Origin: Octopus sinensis
Lineage: Eukaryota
Length of the DNA stretch: 9,258 nucleotides
Assembly: GCF_006345805.1 (NCBI RefSeq)
Contig: NW_021827997.1
Coordinates: 1-9,258, forward strand
Reading direction: 5' to 3'
Positions 1 to 7,807 of the stretch are shown here, one piece after another; the first letter of the stretch is position 1, and each line of letters begins with the position of its first letter. The notes beneath the pieces were generated by a model. That model was not told where the DNA came from. It made no database searches and saw nothing but the letters and a program-made list of their open reading frames with translations. The translations under genes were made by a program, and so were the position numbers.

Positions 1-333
1 TTTGGAAGCAATATTTTTTAAAAGAGGACCGGACACAGGAATAAATTCTTCCCTTGTCTTGGTGAAAGCCTCAAAAACAATTTTATCCAATTTTGGGATA
101 AAGTATGAGGAGAGCGTTGAATATTTCTGGGAAAATCTGTTTGAACAGCCCCAGTATTAAAAAAATTGAGATAATTTTTTTTAATACGTGACACAGCGCC
201 TAAAAACTTACATTAATAAAAAACCTTTACTAATTTTGTACTTATTTACAATATCTCGTTCAGTAAGATGTTTATTTTCACTTAATTCCTTGGCAATTTT
301 GATCTTTAACTCAAGACTAAGCTTACGAGCCAT
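1..333 (-). pseudogene. pogo/Tigger transposase N-terminus (psq-type HTH plus CENP-B/Tc5 HTH) with a 25-nt intron and one frameshift
   Basis: Translation: MARKLSLELKIKIAKELSENKHLTERDIVNKYKISKG|AVSRIKKNY (intron 224-200, GT-AG). After a 1-nt frameshift near 97 it continues PKLDKIVFEAFTKTREEFIPVSGPLLKNIASK, matching the CENP-B HTH motif P.LE..L..W....R....PVSG..L...A. Confidence 0.85.
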
Positions 334-580
334 AACAACAAGAATACAAAAATTACACGAGGCTTCCAAATGAAATTTTATATAATTAATTTTAATTTTA
401 ATAGCAATATGTATATAAATTAAAAATCCTGTGCCCCACTTAGAGGTTCCGGTAATTTCTAAATTTGGAAATTACCGCATAAAAATTATATCCTTTTCAA
501 ACTACCCCAAAAATAGAGGTTTCCCCAAAAATAGAGGTTCCCCAAGCCAGAGTCTGCTGCCCCAAATGGAGGTTATACTG
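1..580 (-). mobile_element. pogo/Tigger (Tc1-mariner superfamily) DNA transposon, 5' end; runs off the window start
   Basis: The minus strand reads TA|CAGTATAACCTCC (TA at 581-582, terminal repeat starting at 580). Subterminal repeats of CCCCAAAAATAGAGGTT type occur at ~434-450, 505-543 and 560-574. A transposase ATG follows at 333. Confidence 0.85.
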
Positions 581-678
581 TATTATTAATAATAATATTG
601 TTAGTTGTTCTTGTCCAGGTAGAGCACACATCGAGATATTAGCACGTTGCATAACAGACTATATTGAGGAATGTATTA

Positions 679-1020
679 TGTCGCGCCCCCACGCTGGCGG
701 CCATACCACGCCGGCGACCAAGTGACCTACATAGTTGACAGCGTGACCTACATTGTTTGACATTCAATTAAAAACGAAAATAATTTTATTATAAAAAGGG
801 TTTAGCGGAATTTTAATTAGAAAAATGGTATCTTCCAAAAGATGTTGTATTAGTATAGTCTCAATCCTTAGGTTACGTGAAAAATGACAGTGAATACCAA
901 AATATTGTAAATGCACTACTCCAATACCCGTACAAACTACATCCAATTCGAAAATACAATGTTAATAAAAAAGTGAATCAATTTATGATAATTGATGATA
1001 TATTAGTCCGTCAGGATTAG
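679..1020 (+). mobile_element. Probable truncated Ginger/GIN-like (gypsy-integrase-related) transposon 5' fragment
   Basis: A GC-rich terminus starts with TGT at 679 and has paired subterminal repeats (689-703/706-720; GTGACCTACAT at 722 and 743). ATG 825 plus a 25-nt GT-AG intron (847-871) gives MVSSKRCCYVKNDSEYQNIVNALLQYPYKLHPIRKYNVNKKVNQFMIIDDILVRQD*, which resembles the segment preceding the H2C2 zinc finger of Ginger/KRBA2-type integrases. No catalytic core or right end was seen. Confidence 0.4.
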
Positions 1021-1233
1021 AGTCCTCCACCTATTGTGGAACAGGAATGTATTTAATGTAAGGAAAAAATCTCAAGTAAAATTTAAGGCTTTTTTAAAAA
1101 ATAAAATTTATATTTTAAATATATAATTTTAGTGGCGTATGAAAATTAATAAATAAAATTTCCTTCCATGAAGCTCAATAGTTTATTGTTGTGCAGTTGG
1201 TTGGTTTGTTCTCGCTCCATAAAAAGAGAAATA

Positions 1234-2458
1234 ATGAAACCACGTGCATACAAAGATAAACTACTCTCTCTCGTTGATGCAAATTATAATGTAATACCAG
1301 TCACTGATTAGCTCCTTATTGGCTATATCTCTGGCATTTAGGTTTTACAAACGGATGAGGTACAGAAGATTCTAGTCAAATTAAAGACTCTAGAGATGAC
1401 CAAAGCTGACCTAGAGGTAAGCTCTACCCATTTTAAATACACCCTCCCCTTCTTAGTGTCGCCCTTACTGGCGACAATTCCTTAAGCAGCGAAAATTTGG
1501 ATTAAAACCAAAATTTGGCGTTGCGCTTTGCGTGTTATTGATTAATGACGCAGTGGTTTTATTAATTATTTTAGGAAACACGACTGGGGAAAATTGTGAA
1601 TAGTATTAGAAGAAATAGCAACGATTCTGAAATTGCCAGCATATCAAAGTCCCTCATAAAGTACTGGCAGGTCAAATTCCTGGCAAATGGGACAAAATCA
1701 ACTGTTGCTGAGAAGAAAATCGATAATTGTCACACTTCAGGTATTTTCTAAGGGTTTAATTGTTAAAATTAGATCGAATGGGTGATATTAAAAAGATAAT
1801 GTCAAAGGAGGCGACTCCTTGTAAGCGTAAACGAATACAGACGACAGCTGAGTTAATTTCTTCGATTGACCACGGGACGGAAAAGTTGATTACTTCTGCT
1901 GATCTGAATTATATTGACCATATCAGTTCAGAGACCTATCGTGAGGATATACACGAACATGTTGTTCCTCATTCTCTGTTGCCAAAATCAAGGAAATCGA
2001 GAAATTGTTCTCCAAATTTAAAAGATAATTCCGAGCGGTCAAAGGGCAGTCTCATTTCCAAAGGGAATGTAAATAATGAGCCAATTTTATTGAAAATCAA
2101 ACTTTCCGACGTTCAAACGGAAATGATTAAAAATTCTTTTAATGTTACTCCGGATAAAAATAATAAAAGGCCGAGAATGGAAAAGAGAAAGAAATCTGAT
2201 CCAGGAGTTTCTCCCAGGACAGAATTTCGTAATTCAATACGGTCTAAATTGCCCACATATGACCGAGATAATCTACCGCAACTAAAGTGGATGAATCCGA
2301 GTATGCCCAGAAATAAGGATGGGAGTTATGATAGTGATGGAAAGTTGCGAGGATGGACTGAGTGTTATCGCCTTCCTTCCCTTGACAATGATGTATGTGT
2401 GATATTTCCGTATTGTGATTTACCACCTGCCCATAAAATTGTTTTTGCTGATGGGTGA
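1234..2458 (+). CDS. MED26: Mediator of RNA polymerase II transcription subunit 26 (four exons, about 327 aa)
   Basis: Exons 1234-1290, 1342-1416, 1575-1740 and 1773-2458 are joined by GT-AG introns of 51, 158 and 32 nt into one open frame. The N-terminus MKPRAYKDKLLSLVDANYNVLQTDEVQKILVKLKTLEMTKADLEETRLGKIVNSIRRNSNDSEIASISKSLIKYWQ matches the MED26 TFIIS-N/LW domain (LEETRLGKLINDVRK...LLRSWQ). The C-terminus DGSYDSDGKLRGWTECYRLPSLDNDVCVIFPYCDL matches the MED26 C-terminal domain (G.YD..G.W..WT.C...ILPY). Confidence 0.9.
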
Positions 2459-2514
2459 CTGAATTTATATTTTATATCGGCGTGACCTATTTTTGTATGA
2501 TTTGCTGTGTCATT

Positions 2515-2520
2515 AATAAA
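2515..2520 (+). promoter_or_regulatory. Putative polyadenylation signal of MED26
   Basis: AATAAA lies about 57 nt after the MED26 stop and is followed by T-rich sequence. This is weak evidence in AT-rich DNA. Confidence 0.4.
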
Positions 2521-2840
2521 TCATATTTTCTTTATTTTTATGAGATTGAAGAAAGACTAAATCATTCCTAAATTAAATTGGGTCGTTGATATCAAAAAAC
2601 GGACTCCAGTATTATTTGTGTCTACGTGCAATGCTAGGAATAAATTTGCGAAAAAATCTTTTCTTTATTTCTTCTCCAAATTAAATCTTTGCTAGCTAGG
2701 CAGACAATTGATTTAAAAAAACAAGAATAGAATGGACTGAAGATAATTTAAAGGGTTTGTACATTATTATTAATCTGGCTTCTAGCAAACTAATTGATAA
2801 TCTCATTTACTTTGGTATAATTTTTTAACAAAATTTTATT

Positions 2841-4400
2841 TTATAAAAATAATTCGGCTTCGTTGATATACATATCATAAAATATCCAAGACCCGACGAC
2901 TGTGAAAATGAGAATATCACTTTTTGTGAAATCTGGAATTGTAATTTGTATATTTTTGTTATTCTTGAACTTAATAAAATAGGATTGTCTATCTTCCTTG
3001 AACGGATAAATACTAAAAGTAATTAATTTAGCTGAAAATAACCTTCTTTGGATTAAATATATGAATAATGTTATAACGTTCTGACATAATAAAATATCAT
3101 AGGAAAAGGGAATGTTTAGAATATATTGCATTAAGAATGATTCAAAAGCCTAAAATAATAATAAAAAAATACTTTGAACATTATTGATATCCAAGGAATT
3201 GGTCCTACAGATTTCAGCTAAAATATTTGAAATTTGAAAAAATACTTTGCAGTTTAATATGAAGGGAGTGCAGGCTAGAATCAATAAATATAGATTTATT
3301 GCTAAAAAATATTAAAATCAATAAGTACAATTAAAGATCAATATAAATATCCACGATGTCCAGCTATAATTCGAATAAAATCAGCAAACCTAGTAAATGG
3401 AGTTAGATAGAGTCGAATTATGTCGATTAAAATTTGAACGGGAGTGAAAATTGCTAACATTACGTCAATATACTTTAAATTAAAAAAATTTAATTTCGAA
3501 CTTTATTTTGGTATTGCAATGTTGGTAGTAGAAACTGACGAGAACCATTTTTATGGAAAAAGCTAGAAATCATTTGATAAATTCTATATATTGGAAGAAT
3601 TGCTACGAATTTTTTCCTGAAAGAAATGTTTTTGTTCGATTTAAAAATCTTAAAAATACACAAATAAAAGCAAACATAATACATCGTCCACATGAAACCT
3701 CCGATTTTGAGAATAAACTCAATGTGTGTTGAATAGTACTTCCAATTCCAATAAACAGCAATAATAGAATGTAACATCCATATATCAACTATAAATATAT
3801 TTTAAGTTTAATAACTTGAAAGATTTAGTGGTCCTTCAAAATTCTGACAATTGTTCCAAAAATCCGTCTCGAAACGTTTAGACCAGTCGTTTAAAATAAA
3901 CTTTAAATATATAAAAATGTATTTACGTGGATTATTATTATTAATAACTTGTGATTTAGTTCCTTATAGCTATCGTATTTGTATAATTGGTGTATTTCTG
4001 TTATAACACTTTTTGGAACACCTATAATATAAAATATAGTAAATTACCAATTTCTGAAAGAGTCTTCATAAATGAGTTTACTCTTTGTTTGAATATTAAC
4101 GAAGAGAGCGTAATTGTATTAAAGTTTATCCTTAGTGGCATATATACATATTCTGGACGAATAATCTATTTTTAGTCTTAAAATAAAATATTTTACCAAT
4201 CCTTTGGAAGTATCAGTTTGTTCTTCAATTTGTAAAAATGGAATGTATTCATTGTTTGAATCTCTGATTAAGATTAAATGAAATTTATAATTCTTTTTTG
4301 TAAAATATCTAGCTAACTGTGTAGTTGTATGTTCATTTCTACATTCTATGGTTAATTTAGAAAAATTCTGTCCAAATATAACCACCACTGTAAACACCAC
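2841..4400 (-). CDS. CLPTM1L: Divergent CLPTM1/CLPTM1L-family multi-pass membrane protein (lipid scramblase family), central and C-terminal part; 5' end unresolved
   Basis: Minus-strand exons ~4400-4197, 4165-4048, 4021-3927, 3900-3816, 3788-3502 (probable in-frame intron 3675-3649), 3472-3390, 3363-3329, 3301-3246, 3217-3173, 3149-3043 and 3012-2841 are joined by 23-31 nt GT-AG introns into one stop-free frame. Motif matches: YIPFLQIEE...MPLRINFNTITL (cf. YLPILFIDQ...LPLTVSYDKISL); HFILNDWSKRFETDFWNN (cf. HLLFDFLAFKNDISFWKK); SWTSWIF...PFILNCKLKSVGPIPWISIMFKAFESF (cf. SWYSWLI...PQLFVNYKLKSVAHLPWKAFTYKAFNTF); FIYLIQRSIYP (cf. LVYLYQRWLYP). Confidence 0.82.
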
Positions 4401-4682
4401 TACCGGTACAACAAGAAAAATTAACTCAAAAACCTGATCTTTGCCAAAAAAAGTTTTATTTAAGTTTTATTTGCCCAATTTGAATCAGATCGCCACAATA
4501 AAGTTCAGTCAAAACTAAAACCAAAATGTTAGAACAAACCTAATATGAATTCATTTAAAATATACAGTAAAACCTCTCAAATTTACTGATTTGGATGAAG
4601 AGCAAAAAATTTGCGGAAACATGAACTTACAATATTTATTTAATTTATTAATAAGCATACCGAAAAAACAGCTTTAGTAAAG

Positions 4683-5395
4683 TTATCTCGCTTGTGCCAC
4701 CTTCTCCTGGATGCATTTTGTTAATCGTTTCCAGTTCCCTATGTTCCTCAATACTTCTTTCACGAGCTTAAGGTCGTCTGCCAAATGCTTACAATATAGA
4801 TTAAATATTTTGTATATACAAATTACTGAATAAATAAAATTACATATATGCATAAAAATCAGAAAATGTATGTTTTTATTTAATTTTCTTAACATTTCCT
4901 CAGTTTGCATAATATTTTCGTGATCATCTATATCTTAACTTTTTTTATAAGTAAATATTATATTTAATTAAAATGGGGAATAAGTTTACACGAATTAATA
5001 AAGAGTCTGGAGGTCAGCTCAAAGTCGCCGCACTGCGTATTGAGTGGCAGTTTGGATATCTTAACTTGTCCGAAAAGCATTGGTTTTATCGTCAATTTAA
5101 AATTTCTTAATTTCTTCTTCATAACTATTTTTGTAGTTCTTAGATTCACTGTTAATTGTGATTGTTTCACATTTTATCCATTGAGCATGACGGAAACAAT
5201 TTTAATAGTCGTAGGAGTTACTTTATTTTAAGCAAAGAATGTTGATGTCACACCAGTTATATAAGTGATTGCATTAATTGCGTTCTGACAATTTCTTCTG
5301 CCTCAACCTTTTCAATTATATCATTTATTTTTAAACTTGTAAATTCGGATTTAAAGCATTTTGTAATTCCTTGATCCATTGGTTGCAAACCGAGG
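4683..5395 (-). pseudogene. Decayed C-terminal part of a pogo/Tigger DDE_1 transposase
   Basis: The minus strand gives LQPMDQGITKCFKSEF (canonical LQP[LM]DQGII..FK motif, ~5390-5341). NKVTPTTIK/CFRHA (cf. AW..V...TI.NCF.KAG) and an acidic tail follow, with several stops and frameshifts. Confidence 0.8.
4942..5055 (-). mobile_element. 5'-truncated non-LTR retrotransposon 3' end nested in the pogo element
   Basis: The segment is flanked by the 12-bp direct repeat ATATCTTAACTT (4930-4941 and 5056-5067) and ends in a short A run on the minus strand. It encodes KLPLNTQCGDFELTSRLFINSCKLIPHFN*, resembling the WN.LP...S...FK terminal motif of CR1/L2-type ORF2. Confidence 0.6.
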
Positions 5396-5840
5396 AATTC
5401 TCTTTATGTTTATTTATTGATATCAGTCCGATTCAAAAAGTCAGATTTTGATTTGAGGTTTTTATAGTTCTTAGAAAAATTTTCTTCTTTAATCGTAAAA
5501 AAATCCTGGAAATTTGAGGTGTAGAAACAAATGGGTTATATGAAATATTTTCGTTGATAGAAATAAACGGCGGAGAAATAGCAGATTCGAGAGATTTCAC
5601 TGTACTTTATTCACAAACTGTGGGAATATTATGTTAACAGGTTTGCCATGTACCACTGCAAGAAAACCAAAAAATATATCATCGTCTAAAAGATTTCTAA
5701 TTAAATCAGAAACTTTAAATCCATAAAACCAAGGCTCTCATTAAATAATTAAAACAAAATTTTAAATTCATTAACTTGGGTTTGTGCACGACTTTGTTGG
5801 TACACCAATCAGTTAGAAATCTTAATAATAAAATGGTATG

Positions 5841-5897
5841 GTGTGTGTCTGTCTGTCTGTCTGTCTGTCTGTGTGTCTGTCTGTCTGTCTGTGTGTG
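5841..5897. repeat. (GTCT)n/(GT)n microsatellite near the Helitron 5' end
   Basis: The run gtgtgtgtctgtctgtctgtctgtctgtctgtgtgtctgtctgtctgtctgtgtgtg is directly visible. Confidence 0.95.
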
Positions 5898-5919
5898 CAC
5901 ACCAATTTCAAATTGGCAA

Positions 5920-6425
5920 TACGATGTCCTCGACTTACATGATGAGGTCCTTAAAACCTTCCCCCCAAAAAAATCAAAAAAAAATTTTCTGCATTTTGGT
6001 TAAAATGAACAACTACGATGTCCTCGACTTACATGATGAGGTCCTTAAAACCTTCCCCCCAAAAAAAATTAAAAAAAATTTTCTGCATTTTGGTTAAAAT
6101 GAACAACTACGATGTCCTCGACTTACATGATGAGGTCCTTAAAACCTTCCCCCCAAAAAAAATTAAAAAAAATTTTCTGCATTTTGGTTAAAATGAACAA
6201 CTACGATGTCCTCGACTTACATGATGAGGTCCTTAAAACCTTCCCCCCAAAAAAAATTAAAAAAAATTTTCTGCATTTTGGTTAAAATGAACAACTACGA
6301 TGTCCTCGACTTACATGATGAGGTCCTTAAAACCTTTCCGCCAAAAAATCAAAAAATTATTTTCTGCATTTGATTAAAATGAACAACGTTAATGTCCTCG
6401 ACATTCATGATGAGGTCCATTAAAA
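5920..6425. repeat. 94-bp tandem repeat, five full copies plus a diverged partial sixth
   Basis: ACGATGTCCTCGACTTACATGATGAGGTCCTTAAAACC recurs at 5921, 6015, 6109, 6203 and 6297 (period 94), with a degenerate copy at ~6391. Confidence 0.97.
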
Positions 6426-6758
6426 ATCTCACGTATTAAGAATATCCTTGATGAAAACGACAGCGAGAATATTAACAATGATGAACTCCCAATTATTCGC
6501 GATAAAGAAATTCAATTCATCTTATGATTTTCTCTTTAAAATTAAATGCACATACCATTCAAAATTAAACCTATTATCATATTTGACTTTGACAGAATGT
6601 GCAATTACAGATTGCACGACCTTGAATAGAGTGTGCAATTAACAGATTTTGAAAAACACTTTGATAGTTGAAACCACATTAGCAAAATCATAACACAATT
6701 TACCACCAATTGACAGCGCAATCAGAAGAATTTGCGTAAAAATATTAACTATTTAGTT

Positions 6759-6996
6759 AAGTTTTTCGTAAAGATAGAATTTATTTTCGGTATGCCTCTT
6801 TTCCTAAACTTTTTTATTATTCAAAAATAATTTTTTCAATAGATTACTGAAGGAGGGAAGACGACCTTAAGAAAAGAAGTTTTTCGTAAAGATAGAATTT
6901 ATTTTCTGTATGCCTCTTTTTTCCTAATATTTTTTATTATTCAAAAATAATTTTTTAAATAGATAACCGAAGGAGGAAAAACGAAGCTGAAGAAAA
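6759..6996. repeat. Tandem duplication with a unit of about 118-120 bp
   Basis: AAGTTTTTCGTAAAGATAGAATTTATTTTC.GTATGCCTCTTTT...TTATTCAAAAATAATTTTTT.AATAGAT starts at both 6759 and 6877. Confidence 0.92.
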
Positions 6997-7059
6997 AACG
7001 GTCAGCTTAAGGTAATTAAATCTTTTTTGTGTGTCGCTTTTTTGGCTGCTGCTACTCTG

Positions 7060-7104
7060 CCTGCCGCATCTCCGCCTGCCGCATCTCCGGCTGCCCCATC
7101 TCCG
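7060..7104. repeat. GC-rich 15-bp minisatellite, three copies
   Basis: CCTGCCGCATCTCCG occurs at 7060 and 7075, and GCTGCCCCATCTCCG at 7090. Confidence 0.9.
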
Positions 7105-7349
7105 CCAGTGGTTTGTCTAATCAAGGTCACTAAGCTAAATCTCCGGACTATAAAGGCTCTTAAGCATTATCTTAACTGGCTGTTAAAAAAATTAGACAGG
7201 TTGTTGCCGTGGCGGCAGAGATTTTTTTTGTTTATACTTTTTTACAAATTTTTAAAGTTTTTTTTGTTTTTTCATTTCTTTTGTTTTTAAATTATTTATT
7301 TTTATTTGTTTTTTTTATTTTTTTTGTTATTTTCTACAAATTCAACCGG

Positions 7350-7807
7350 ATTGAATTTTTAAACTCCTTAGATCCCTCTGGAATGCCGAATCATTCTTTA
7401 AAGTTAAAGATAGGCGTTCCAGTGGTTTTATTACGAAATCTTGCGCTACCTAAATTATGCAACGGAACGAGGTTAGTTATCAAAAATTTGATGGCTAACG
7501 TAATAGAGGCGACGATATTCACAGGTAAGTATAGAGGTGAGGATGTTTATATTCCACGAATTCCGATAATTTCTGATGAATTACCATTTAGATTTAAAAG
7601 GTTGCAATTTCCTTTGAGGATGAGTTTTGCAATGACAATAAACAAGGCCCAGGGACAGTCATTAAAGGTAGTGGGTTATTTTTAGAGAGTGAGTGCTTTT
7701 CACATGGACAGCTGTATGTGGGATGCTCGAGGGTAGGCAGAAGAGAAAATTTATTCATATATGCCAAGGAAGGACGGACGACAAACATCGTTTATCAACA
7801 GCGATAG
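7350..7807 (+). pseudogene. Helitron Rep/Hel Pif1-like helicase C-terminal fragment, frameshifted
   Basis: Translation: [30 protein letters not shown]...LCNGTRL...IPRIP...[28 protein letters not shown]. After a 1-nt frameshift near 7676 it continues [21 protein letters not shown]...TTNIVYQQR* (stop 7805-7807). These are the C-terminal helicase motifs; no Rep domain or Walker A is present. Confidence 0.93.

Larger units (their letters stand above)
4565..5602 (-). mobile_element. Internally deleted pogo/Tigger element, 1038 bp, with terminal inverted repeats and TA target-site duplication
   Basis: The left TIR CAGTAAAACCTCTCAAATT (4565-4583) and the reverse complement of the right TIR CAGTGAAATCTCTCGAATC (5584-5602) match at 15/19 positions. 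TA is present at 4563-4564 and 5603-5604. A DDE transposase remnant lies inside. Confidence 0.88.
4456..5737 (-). other. Probable upstream exons of the CLPTM1L-like gene (~5737-5606 and 4539-~4460) flanking a transposon-expanded intron 5605-4540
   Basis: Removing the pogo element and one TA restores a 26-nt intron (gtatattttaaatgaattcatattag) that joins ...DDDIFFGFLAVVHGKPVNIIFPQFVNK to VCSNILVLVLTELYCGDLIQIG in frame. The link from 4460 to 4400 is unresolved because of an in-frame TAA at 4458-4456. Confidence 0.5.

Noticed and set aside
188-373. 61-aa plus-strand ORF
   Set aside because: It is the antisense shadow of the pogo transposase.
1760-1772. Start of the 232-aa ORF as a stand-alone gene
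   Set aside because: The TTG start lies inside the 32-nt intron 3 of MED26. The ORF is exon 4.
2688-2789. Inverted repeat TTTGCTAG/CTAGCAAA between the convergent genes
   Set aside because: It is only 8 bp with no TSD, which is compatible with chance.
4515-4539. Alternative 25-nt intron gtttgttctaacattttggttttag (minus strand)
   Set aside because: It conflicts with the reconstructed 26-nt intron ending at 4540, and the upstream ATG would be out of frame. It is less parsimonious but not excluded.
5939-5945. ATGATGA (snoRNA box C) in each 94-bp unit
   Set aside because: The unit contains no CTGA box D or terminal stem.
5715-6097. ORFs 5715-5900, 5776-6003 and 5843-6097
   Set aside because: They are mostly translations of the microsatellite and tandem repeat, and two of them cross the Helitron boundary.
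5920-6425. CRISPR-like regularly spaced repeats
   Set aside because: The intervening sequence is repeated too, so there are no unique spacers. There are no cas genes and the context is eukaryotic.
7209-7685. Host PIF1 helicase gene or membrane-anchored helicase
   Set aside because: It is only a frameshifted C-terminal fragment, just upstream of a Helitron CTAG end. The F-rich N-terminus comes from a T-rich tract.
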